Below are positions 12,040-23,049 of a stretch of 57,180 nucleotides of DNA, in pieces. The stretch covers positions 42,668,290-42,725,469 of the forward strand of contig NC_068987.1 of the NCBI RefSeq assembly GCF_001194135.2, given 5' to 3'. The position numbers and the translations under genes were made by a program. Source of the DNA: Octopus bimaculoides. Taxonomy: Eukaryota. Within the stretch, counting starts at the first letter, position 1. Every line of letters starts with the position of its first letter. The notes below the pieces were generated by a model. That model saw only the letters and a program-made list of their open reading frames with translations, searched no databases and was not told the DNA's origin.

Positions 12040-13915
12040 GGCTGGCGAACCAGAAGGCTGCACCAGGCTCCAATCTGATCTGGCAATGTTTCTACTGCTG
12101 GATGCCCTTCCTAACTCCAACCACTCTGAGAATGTAGTGGGTGCTTTTTATGTGGCACCATCATGAGGGCCAGTCAGGTGGTACTGGCATCGCTCATGCT
12201 TGAATGGTGCTTTTTACGTGCCACTAGTACGGGTGCCAATCAGGCGGTACTGTCATCGGTCACCGACAACGACTTCACTTGCCTCAACAGGTCTTTGCAA
12301 GCGCAGTTTATAGCCCAATGATTGAAGGGTACTCTTATATGAGCTGGTTATGCTGCACTGGCAAAGGCCATGGTTATGGTCTCACTTGGCTTGCCAGGTC
12401 TTCTCAAGCACAGCATATCTCCAAAGGTCTCAGTCACTTGTCATCGCCTCGGTAAGGCCCAATGTTCAAAGGTTGTACTTCAACATCTCATCCCAAGTCT
12501 TCCTGGGTCTATCTCTTCCACCGGTTCCCTCTACTGCTAGAGTGTGACACTTTTTCACACAGCTGTCTTCTTCCATACGCAACACATGGCCATACCAGTA
12601 CAGTCATCTCTCTTGCACACCACATCTGATGCTTCTTATGTCCAACTTTTCTCTCAGGGCACTTAAACTCTGTCTTGTATGCACACTGACATTACACATC
12701 CAGCAGAGCATACTAGCTTCATTCCTTGCAAGCTTCTGCATGTCCTCAGCAGTCACAGCCCAGGAGCTCTCTGAACTTTGCTCGGGCTATTCTTATTTCT
12801 TTACTGCCCACAAGGGGCTACACACAGAGGGGACAAATAAGGACAGACAAACGGATTAAGTCGATTATATTGATCCCAGTGCATAACTGGTACTTATTTA
12901 ATTGACCCCGAAAAGATGAAAGGCAATGTCAACCTCGGCAGAATTTGAACTCAGAACGTAGCGGCAGACGAAATACTGCTAAGCATTTCGCCCGGCGTGC
13001 TAATGTTTCTGCTAGCTCGCCGCCTTTCTAGGCTATTCTTATTCTAGCAGCTACACTCTCAGAGCAACTATCCCCGCTAGTAACTTGGTCACCTAGGTAA
13101 TGGAAGCTATCAACAATTAGTTTTTCCCCCTGGAATGTGATGGAAGCTGTTTTCTGTAAATTTTTAGTGTTCATTGCACCTGAGCATTTGTCACACACAA
13201 AAACTGTCTTCCCAATTAGCCTTCCTTTGATATTGCTGCACCTCTTATGTGTCCATAGCTAACACGGGGTACATCTTATGGAGTTTCTACCTACGCCTTT
13301 TCTACAGATCGAGCAGGACCATCTACTTGAAGGGATTTATGGTTTGTCTGCCTTCCTACTTATTAAGACTTTGGTTTTAGCTCGACTGACACTAAGGCCT
13401 TTCGATTCTAGACCTTGCTCCCACACCTGAAACTTCTCCTCTAGTTCTGATAGTGACTTAGCTATTAGAGTAAGGTCATCAGCAAAGAAAAGCTCCCAGG
13501 AGTATCCTGTCTTGAATTCCTCTGTTATTGCCTGGAGGACTATGATGAATAAGAGAGGGTTGAGGACTGATCCATGGTGGACCCCCTACTCCTACCTGGA
13601 ATTCATCACTGTACTCATTGCCAACCCTCACCTTACTGACAGCATCCCTGTACATGGCTTGTACAGCTCTCACTAACCACTCATATATCCCTAGTTTCTG
13701 TATTGACCACTAGATATGGGATTGGGGGACCCTGTCAAAGTCTTTCTCCATGTCAAGAAAAGCCAGGTACAGAGGTTTATCATTGGCTAGGTATTTCTCC
13801 TGCAGCTGTCTTACCAGATGTGCTTTTCCTGACACAAACCCAAACTGCATCTTGTCTAGACTGACTCTCTCCCTAATTAGTTGGGCTATGACCCTCTCCG
13901 TAACTTTCATTACCT
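12040..13915 (-). mobile_element. RTE LINE 3' half, interrupted by a SINE
   Basis: QFGFVSGK, MRAVQAMYRDAVSKVRVG, PHD-like Cys motif and a 3' UTR matching the other copies. Confidence 0.85.
12785..13025 (-). mobile_element. tRNA-derived SINE, second family (Meta-domain-like)
   Basis: Minus strand GGCGGCGAGCTAGCAGAA...GAGTTCAAATTC...GCCTTTCATC...GGTCAATTAAATAAGTACCAG; a related copy lies at 31045. Confidence 0.75.
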
Positions 13916-14662
13916 GAAATAAGTTTTAAGTTTGCTCAACTTAAACAAGTATCTATACTGTAATAAAGAAAGCTGGTTATTGATTNNNNNNNNNNNNNNN
14001 NNNNNNNNNNNNNNNNNNNNNNNNNNNNNNNNNNNNNNNNNNNNNNNNNNNNNNNNNNNNNNNNNNNNNNNNNNNNNNNNNNNNNNNNNNNNNNNNNNNN
14101 NNNNNNNNNNNNNNNNNNNNNNNNNNNNNNNNNNNNNNNNNNNNNNNNNNNNNNNNNNNNNNNNNNNNNNNNNNNNNNNNNNNNNNNNNNNNNNNNNNNN
14201 NNNNNNNNNNNNNNNNNNNNNNNNNNNNNNNNNNNNNNNNNNNNNNNNNNNNNNNNNNNNNNNNNNNNNNNNNNNNNNNNNNNNNNNNNNNNNNNNNNNN
14301 NNNNNNNNNNNNNNNNNNNNNNNNNNNNNNNNNNNNNNNNNNNNNNNNNNNNNNNNNNNNNNNNNNNNNNNNNNNNNNNNNNNNNNNNNNNNNNNNNNNN
14401 NNNNNNNNNNNNNNNNNNNNNNNNNNNNNNNNNNNNNNNNNNNNNNNNNNNNNNNNNNNNNNNNNNNNNNNNNNNNNNNNNNNNNNNNNNNNNNNNNNNN
14501 NNNNNNNNNNGAACTTTCAAAAAATAAAATTAAAATATAATTTGAACATAAATTTCCATTTCTGCTTTTTAGATATCAAAAAAATTCTTTTGTTAAAATA
14601 TAAACCTTTAAAATTAACAATCAATCAGTGGAGACTAATAAAGGAAAATAAAATATACTTAC

Positions 14663-14816
14663 TTTACAAATCATCTGTAAAATAGTGATGATGGATCTAA
14701 AGTATCCAATATGAAAGACAGGGAGTTCCAAATCAATGTAACCAAAGTGACCTGTGCAATCAGCCAAACATTTTCCACATGTCTCGCAGTTGCTGTCCCG
14801 CTCACCTGTACCCATT
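14663..14816 (-). other. POLR3A: Antisense, out-of-order POLR3A N-terminal exon (clamp zinc site); either a misplaced contig or a duplicated fragment
   Basis: Minus strand cacag|A ATG GGT ... TGT AAA|gtaagt. Encodes [51 protein letters not shown] (RPC1 residues about 60-110) with no stops. Lies on a 2.15-kb contig between N gaps 13986-14510 and 16664-17255. Confidence 0.88.
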
Positions 14817-14821
14817 CTGTG

Positions 14822-15543
14822 AGACGGTTTATCTACCCTGGACCAATGGATAAAAACCCTTACAAACCCCAAATAGCCTAACCAGCATATGGGGAGATCC
14901 AATTTTCCAGTAAGTAGCACTTGAAATGGATGCATTTAGAGAAAACTTCTTTATGACTATTTAATGCACCAGTTTTAACATAGTCCGTAAGAATTTTGGT
15001 TCTCTCCGAGATGCAGATTTTGCAACGGCCATTCCCATTAATATATGAGCCTGGATGTTCTATTAACTCCCATCTTTTATCATATGGGATTCCTTGATCT
15101 TTGAGGTGCCACACATGGCTGGCCAGAGAAATGACAAAACATCTTCCTGAGACTCTGAAGGATGACTGGTGTTTGTGGAAGCGGTGTTTGAAAGATGTAC
15201 TCGCTAATCCGATATGTTTACAAACTTGTGATGTGGTTATATTCGCACTCCTGGTATATCTCTGGTAGGCTCCGGGCCTGGGTATGCTGTTGATAACACC
15301 GTTGTTGATGCTGTCTGTATGGTGCAATGATCCGGCGGTGTTATCGCTGTGGTTATTGTTTCTGGTCATATGGTTGGTGATGTAGCTGCCATCATTGGTG
15401 TGGGTGCGGCTGGTGGTAACATATGGTGTGAGGCCGGTCATCCCATCGGTGTCAATGACAATAGTTTGGTTATCATCTGTGGTGATTGCACTGGGGACTC
15501 CGGATACCCCTTCTGTGTTGCTTGTCCTGGATTGGTCATCATC
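14822..15543 (-). mobile_element. Penelope family B 3' fragment (GIY-YIG C-half), left arm of an inverted pair
   Basis: ORF ...KHIGLASTSFKHRFHKHQSSFR...SLASHVWHLKDQG...WELIE...CKICISERTKIL; homologous to 8930-9630. Confidence 0.88.
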
Positions 15544-16613
15544 CAATTGCAATAATAGCAGATTAACCAGGTCTCCCACCAGTACAATCGCCACAGCCAG
15601 AGATGATGACCAGCGACGGGACAAGAGGTAACCAACGACCTCAGTACCACCACCACAGATAATGAACAAACCATTATCATTGACACCAATAGAGCTACCT
15701 GTCCCACATATGTTACTACCAGTACAATTGCCACACCTAGAGATAATGGCCAATCCAGGACCAGCAACTCAAAGGAGATATCTGGCAACCCCAGTACCAC
15801 CACCACAGACGATGACCAAACAATTATCATCGACACCGATGGGATGACTGGCCCACACCATATGTTACCACCAACTGCACCCACACTAACGCGGGCAGCT
15901 ACAACGCCATCCATATGACCAGAAATGATAACCATGGTGATAACACTGCCAGATCATTGTGCCATATCGACAACATCAGCAATGGTGTTACTAACAGTAT
16001 CCCCAGGCCAGGAGCCTTCCAGAGATATACCAGGAATGCGAATATAGCCACATCACAAATTTGTAAATATATCGGATCGGCCAGTATATCTTTCAAACTT
16101 TGCTTCCGCAACCACAAGTCATCCTTCAGTGTCCCCATGTCCCTGGCCAGCCATGTGTGGCATCTCCAAGATCAAGGGGCCCCTGTGAAATATCAGGTGG
16201 AAAATAATTGAACATCCAGCCCCATATATTAATGAGAGTGGCTGTTGCAAAATCTGCATCATGGAGAGAACCAAAATTCTTCAGGACTATGCCAAACCTG
16301 GCATGTTAAATAGTTGTGTCCATTTCACGCACTGCCTACTGGAAAATTGGATTTCCCCAATTTGCTGGTTTGGCTATTTCAAATCTGTAAGGGTTTTTTA
16401 ATCTTCTGGTCCAGGCAAAATAACCTATCCTTATTAACATTTTCATACGTTAGCCGTTAAACCTCGATATCTGAGAGTTTCCTCTTGTCCACATAGTAGA
16501 AAGAATTTTTTGCCTTTGTTTCGAGTCTAATGAGCTGTTCACAAGGCTGTGGCTTTCGTTGATACAAAACCTTTGGTAACTTCATGACCAGAGTTTAACT
16601 TTTTGTTTTAATA
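15544..16613 (+). mobile_element. Penelope family B 3' fragment, right arm of the inverted pair, with terminal repeat
   Basis: KYIGSASISFKLCFRNHKSSF...SLASHVWHLQDQG; 3' end homologous to 8737-8930. Confidence 0.88.
16523..16583 (+). ncRNA. Degenerate type I hammerhead ribozyme motif (family B)
   Basis: GAGT CTAATGA gctgttcac...gttgatac AAAAC ctttg GTA ACTTC; combined with the 8765 copy it reconstructs CUGAUGA...CGAAAC..GUA. Confidence 0.5.
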
Positions 16614-17255
16614 ATTAGTGCTTTAATACTTAGTTTATGTCTTTTCTGATATTGACTATATATNNNNNNNNNNNNNNNNNNNNNNNNNNNNNNNNNNNNN
16701 NNNNNNNNNNNNNNNNNNNNNNNNNNNNNNNNNNNNNNNNNNNNNNNNNNNNNNNNNNNNNNNNNNNNNNNNNNNNNNNNNNNNNNNNNNNNNNNNNNNN
16801 NNNNNNNNNNNNNNNNNNNNNNNNNNNNNNNNNNNNNNNNNNNNNNNNNNNNNNNNNNNNNNNNNNNNNNNNNNNNNNNNNNNNNNNNNNNNNNNNNNNN
16901 NNNNNNNNNNNNNNNNNNNNNNNNNNNNNNNNNNNNNNNNNNNNNNNNNNNNNNNNNNNNNNNNNNNNNNNNNNNNNNNNNNNNNNNNNNNNNNNNNNNN
17001 NNNNNNNNNNNNNNNNNNNNNNNNNNNNNNNNNNNNNNNNNNNNNNNNNNNNNNNNNNNNNNNNNNNNNNNNNNNNNNNNNNNNNNNNNNNNNNNNNNNN
17101 NNNNNNNNNNNNNNNNNNNNNNNNNNNNNNNNNNNNNNNNNNNNNNNNNNNNNNNNNNNNNNNNNNNNNNNNNNNNNNNNNNNNNNNNNNNNNNNNNNNN
17201 NNNNNNNNNNNNNNNNNNNNNNNNNNNNNNNNNNNNNNNNNNNNNNNNNNNNNNN

Positions 17256-17650
17256 GTCGTATATTGGCATTAGAGAATATTTTTTAGTGGTTATCACATG
17301 TTTTTGATTTATTATTTATTTACATGTTTTAATTCTGTATTATTACATTCTATATTTTTTTATATGTGTATTGGTGTATAGTTTGAGTTTTGGTTAGAGA
17401 ATATAATAAAAGTGAAATGATTTTGCCTATTTCCACTGTTTTCCATACTTTTTAAATCTGTATGGTCGTATATTTGCATTACAGAATATTTTTTTGTTGT
17501 TTTCACATTTTTTTTATTTATTATTTATTTATATGTTGTAATTGTGTACTATTACTTTTTATATTTTTTGCATATGTGTATTGCTGTGTATTGTTTGACT
17601 TTTGGTTAGAGAATATTATAAAAGTGAAAGGATTTTGTCTATTTATTTCG
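17256..17650. repeat. Degenerate AT-rich tandem duplication, period about 210 bp
   Basis: gtcgtatatt.gcatta.agaatattttt at 17256 and 17466; ttttggttagagaata.tataaaagtgaaa at about 17390 and 17600. Confidence 0.75.
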
Positions 17651-18149
17651 ACTGTGCACCTGCGACTGTGATTAAATTGACTGGGAACACTATGCGATGA
17701 ATATCCAATACCACACAATCTTAACCTCTATATTCAAGCTGCATTAAACTTTGCCAAGCTTACCTTTACCTATTCTGAGTTACTTGAAAGATGATGGTCC
17801 CTTTCCTCTCTTCCATTTGTTAATACCTTTGTTTACCTACCAATGCATTGTTTCACTTTAAGGATGCTTATTTACCCATCCATTATGATTTTCGACTGTT
17901 GTCCATTGTTTCAAATACGTTTTAGCATTGTTGTTCTAGTCTTTTTTAAACAGTCACATATTATTTGTCCCAAAAAATCAACCTTTAAATAAGAGTTTCA
18001 TTTCCATTAGTAAAAGCTATACTTATCTTTCAGAAAGCTTCACACCAATTTCACTTTATGTGGCATTCACTGTTATTTTATGTGCAGGCTGTGTGGGAAG
18101 ACAGAATAAAGGGGCTTTTGTTAGCTTATAATAGAATTGATAATCACTT

Positions 18150-19165
18150 GGTACACTAAAACCCATTTTCCTTTTCCTAAAAAGAGAGCACACATTGGCA
18201 GAAAGTCTTCTGCAGCAGCAAAGCAGCAGTGCTGGCAGGCAAAGGAAACTGAGGAGCAGAGGTCCTGTAGACTGTTGGAAAAAGCTGCCGCTGCTAGAGC
18301 TGCAGCTACTCCAGAGTAGCGTGAAACCTATTGAGTGTGTACTTCTGATGCAAGGGCCACAGAAACCCACAAAAGAGTGCTATCCATCAGGCATGCAACA
18401 CAGCATCCACTTCTGCCACAAGGGCTGAAGAAGCCCCAGAAGAGAGAGCCATCCATTGGGCATGCAACGCTGCACCCACTTCTGCTGTGAGGTTGGCAGA
18501 TGACGATAACTATCAGATGACGAGACTTCAGTTTAATGATCACTGGAAGGCTCTTGTTTATGGCTATTGGAAGCCATCGAGTAATCAATGGGCATCAAAG
18601 GCGCTCAACGATGATCCTGCCAAGGATTATGCCACTCATTGAGAGACTGTTACGAGGAATATGTCTCTAATATGTCCAATTTGCAAGGCCCTCAAGTGGG
18701 TCAGAGAATCCAGTGGCCTATGCTGCTCAAATGGAAAGGTTCGCTTGCCTGACCTGCAAAACACTCCTCAGCCTTTGCTCTCTTTACTCCTTAGTTAACA
18801 CCCTGATTTGCAGCAATTTATTCAGAAAATTTGCGCTTATAACTCTGCCTTCCAGATGACAAGTTTCGGTTACAAACGCATTCATGAAGATTCCTATATG
18901 CCAATGTTCAAAATTCAGGGCCAAACCTATCATTGGATAGGCTCTATTCTTCCTGTCAACAACGCTGAACACCGATTCCTTCAAATTTACTTCATGGGAG
19001 ATACCGCTGAGTAAACAGTTTGCTGAGCTCAGGTGGCACCTGGAACAAAAATGCCTCTTTTGAATGAACTTCTGGAAATGCTCCACACCACCAACCGATA
19101 TGTCAGGGACTTCAAAACTGCTTTAGAACACTGACATACAGATGAGCCCAACTTCAAAGTTTTCA
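18150..19165 (+). mobile_element. Helitron Rep/Hel N-terminal fragment, degenerate
   Basis: CPICKALKWVRESSGLCCSNGKV and YNSAFQMTSFG...MPMFKIQGQTYHWIGSILP...FLQIYFMGD, recalled as the animal Helitron N-terminal region. Confidence 0.78.
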
Positions 19166-19989
19166 TAAGGAGTGTCCGAAATGATGAAATGAAGCCACAC
19201 TGTCGACTACTTAGCTACCTCCTTCACTAATACATCAACTTGCTTTTTCATGTCAACTCTTTAGCAGCTGTTTTGACACACTGACGTGGGATGGTCCACA
19301 AGAGTTTACATCCTTGTGGTGTGGACTGGGCAACGTTCTGGCTTTGGTCTGAATGGCTAAAAACTTGAATACAATGTAACCATTCCCCATTTCTCGTTGT
19401 GCATTACCAATAGACATGATCCTTTTCAATCCTTCATGATAGCTCATTAATGACTGTTATTATATGCAAGGGGACAACTCTAAGTAAACTCTCTGCTCAT
19501 AATAAGACTGGTCATTTTGAGTATGTATATACGTGTATCCTGCTCACTGTTACTGTCATTACAACTTCACAATTATCTTTCTGCCATTCAATGTGACATC
19601 TTTTCACTGCTAACTGCTAAAGATTCAAAGCAGTATTTGTGAACTGAAGTCAAACTCTTCATGCCTTCATTTTTCGTTACCTGAAGTCAATTTCAGAGTG
19701 GCTGTACACTGTAAGCACACAGCAAATACATTCCTTTAACTCTACTTTTTCAAGTAGGTATTATATTACCATTTTTGAACGTACCAATCATATTTCTCTC
19801 CGAAAAAAATAGCTCCCTTTGCTGTTGAATAAAATAAACTCGCAGAGGGGAAGTTTCAACGTCTTCAATTTCCTTACACCATTTATGTGGCTGATTCTGA
19901 CGAATTTCACTTTCATGTAAAACAACTATATTTTGTAGTCATTATTTGTAATCTACTCCCAAAACATTTCAGTGGCTCTACTTTGCATC

Positions 19990-20175
19990 ACATGATGTCT
20001 AGAGAAGGGTATTACACACACACACATACACACAACAAGCTTCTTTCAGTTTCTGTCTACCAAATCCACTTAAGGCCTTGGTCAGCCCAGATGTATAGTA
20101 CAAGCCACCTGCCCAAAGTGCTCCAAATCCAAGACCATATGGTTGGGAAGCAAGCCTCTTAACCACACAGTGATG
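19990..20175 (-). mobile_element. CORE-like tRNA SINE
   Basis: Reverse complement of the SINE at 10891. Confidence 0.7.
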
Positions 20176-20194
20176 TCTTTGCTTCTATCTATCT

Positions 20195-20480
20195 ATCATC
20201 ATCATCATCATCATTTAACATCCGGTTTCCATGCTGGCATGGGCTGAACAGCTTGACAGGAACTGGTAAGGCCAGAGGCCACATCAGGTTCCATAGTCTG
20301 TTTTGGCTTGGTTTCTACAGCTGGATGCCCTTCCTAATGCCAACCACTTTACGGGGTGTACTTAGTGCTTTTTACATGGCACCATCACCAATGCTTTTTA
20401 TGTGGCACTATCACCAGTGCTTTTTGTGTGGCACCAGCACCAGTTCCTTTTATGCGGCACCATTACCAGTACCAATGCTT
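20195..20480 (-). mobile_element. RTE LINE 3' UTR/tail fragment
   Basis: (ATC)n tail plus ttccatgctggcatggg...ctggatgcccttcctaatgccaacc, matching the RTE 3' end. Confidence 0.75.
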
Positions 20481-21074
20481 TTTATGTGATACCTTGGTAA
20501 GGGCAGCTTCTGGTATTGAAAGTTAACCATGCAGTTTTAATCAAAACCCTATAATTGAAATAGGGCACACATAGCATGTATGTATTTCATATCCAGTTTT
20601 CTCTTAAAAATGAAAGATTTATATCAAAATCTGATTTTGTTATTTGCTTTTATTCATATATCTAGACATGCATTGCACATGCCTTACTTTCATCTATGCA
20701 GGAAATATTACTTTTCATATACATAGACACTTATGTGATTAGCATGGCAGTACACACACCCATCTGGTTGCATATGTGGCATCATGTTTATAATAGGAGA
20801 GATTAAGGGAAGGAAAGAAAGTGAGGGAGAGATTGAGAAAGAGAGCATTGTTTTGTGAGATGTTTCAATTTATTATGATTGGTTAACAAGAGAGAGAAAG
20901 GGAGATTGTTAAAGGGAAAAGAATGAAAACCTCCCCATCTCATCAAATGGCAAAATATGAGTGTCATGGTTACTGACAGACTTAATATATTGTTTGTAAA
21001 TATCTGTCATGTTGAATTTTGTTTGCATTCCAGACAGTGCATATCATGTATCAAACATATAGTTATCATAGGCA

Positions 21075-21420
21075 CAGACATTGTTGTGTGATTAAGAAAC
21101 TTGCTCTGCAACCATATGGTTTTTGGTTCAGTCCCACCGTGCAGCACCTTGGGTAAGTGTCTTCTACCACAGTCCCGGGCCCACCAAAGACCTATGAGTG
21201 AATTTAATAGATGGAAACTCTGTGGAAGCCCATTGTGTATGTGTGTCAGTGCCAGTGTTTGTACCCCAATCACTACTTGGTTTGTTTACATCCCCATAAC
21301 CTTGCAGTATGGCAAAAAAGATCCAATAGAATAAGTATGAAGTGGGGTTGATTTGTTCAACTAAAACCCTTTAAGGTGGTGCCCCAGCTTGGCTGCAGTC
21401 CAATGGTTAAAATAACTAAA
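21075..21420 (+). mobile_element. CORE-like tRNA SINE
   Basis: Homologous to 10891-11257. Confidence 0.75.
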
Positions 21421-21710
21421 AGATATAAGATAATCAAACAGTAGCATGAATACAAGTAAGTATGTCTTGGTAACATGTAATTGTTAAGGGGCCTATTTAG
21501 TCCCAAGCAGACAAAGATGCCCACTTAGCCCTCTTACTCTTTCACCCAGCAGGACATCAAACATATAACAGCTAAAGTTCTTTCCATAAACTCCCTCCTG
21601 TCTTTAAACAAGGGGTCATGTAAGCTAGTGTAGGGGGTTATATATAGCTACTTGACTTAATGTAGTAATTAAATTCTCTCGATAAACTCCTTGTTACCTT
21701 TGAAACAGGG

Positions 21711-21990
21711 ACTGTATGGTAAGAAGTTTGCTTCCCAACCACTCGGTTCACAGTTTAGTCCCATTACGTGGAACCTTGGACTAATGTCTTCTACTTTAGC
21801 CTTGTGAGTGGATTTGGTAGACAGAAACTGAAAGAAGCCTGTCGTATGTGTGTGTGTGTGTGTCTTTGTGCTTGTTCTCTACCACTGCTTGACAACTGGT
21901 AGCTTATTGGTTTGGCAAAAGAGACCAAAAGAATAAGTACCAGGTTTAAAAATAAAAATATATACTGGAGTTGATTTGTTCAGTTGGAAT
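21711..21990 (+). mobile_element. CORE-like tRNA SINE
   Basis: Homologous to 10891-11257. Confidence 0.75.
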
Positions 21991-22049
21991 GTTCGATTGC
22001 CTGCATTCTTCTAACTTAAACAAGTAAAAGATAAAAAATATATATATCC

Positions 22050-22310
22050 TGGTGACGTGTCCTGCCCAGTGTAAGCTTTGTCTTCAGCAGAGTTGCTTCA
22101 ATGCTGGTGACTTTCGCCTGCTCTAAGACCTTGATGTTAGTTACAAAGTCATTCCAGTGAATGCTGCGAAGGCAGCGTTGATGGAACTGTTCAAAGAGTC
22201 ATAGGTGGTACCACTGAATGTGAAGTCCAGTGTTCCACTGTCTACTGAGTATCCTCCTCCTTTGAAGACACTTGCAGGATCGTCCTTGCATGCAAGAGAG
22301 AGAGAGAGAT
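22050..22310 (-). mobile_element. BovB-like RTE 3' coding fragment
   Basis: HQRCLRSI..IHWNDFVTNIKVLEQAKVTSIEATLLKT. Confidence 0.7.
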
Positions 22311-22736
22311 AAAGGAAAACAGGGACACCACAACCAGCCCTGTTCAGCCTAACTTCCTATGCACCCTCTGTGGTCATCCTTGTTTATCCCAAATCAGGCT
22401 CATGAGACATCAGCAAGACTGTAGCAGATATGGATGTCCCTTTCCATAAATATTCACTCATGAAGCCAAGTCATGATATATATATATATATATATATATG
22501 TGATGTATTGTATTCTACTATATATTATGGAAAGAAATATATTTTTACTTTTTCTAATCAATGTAGCCTCTCCTTATAATAAGCAGATACATATAGTAGA
22601 ATATAGTAAAAGATACTATATTTGTGTTTCTGTGTATATGTACATATGTGTATGCATGTGTGTTTAATAAATTACACTTTTTTTATTCCCATCTGGGATT
22701 CCTTTTTTACCTTCTGACATTTTCATTCTGTTTCAG

Positions 22737-22790
22737 GAAATTCTCACACCTTTAACTGTTTTGGACCTATTTAAAAGAATTCCAGAAGAG
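22737..22790 (+). CDS. POLR3A: POLR3A internal exon, 54 nt (phase 0/0)
   Basis: tttcag|GAA ATT CTC ... GAA GAG|gtaaag. Encodes EILTPLTVLDLFKRIPEE (RPC1 ENLNPLVVLNLFKRIPAE) and joins both neighbours in frame. Confidence 0.93.
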
Positions 22791-23049
22791 GTAAAGTAGA
22801 TTCATTTTTCTGTATGTTGTTAATAATAATGTAATAGTCACTCCTGTCAGTTTTGATGTATGAGTGTTTGAAGGAGAGGATTTAAAGAAAAGAAAAAAGA
22901 GAAAAAGAAAGAAAAACAACTTTAAAAATAAAGATGTGCGAATAAAAATTATATTCACACATCCTATTTGCAATGGATGTGTGAATGTAATTTGAGTCCA
23001 GGTATGGATTTTGCTATGAAGTCACAGCGGGAATACTGATGATTTTGAT

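Noticed and set aside
13932-14540. Long ORFs of 170-370 aa spanning N runs (also 16637, 37762-38907, 40541, 54355-55363)
   Set aside because: Artefacts of translating assembly gaps as X.
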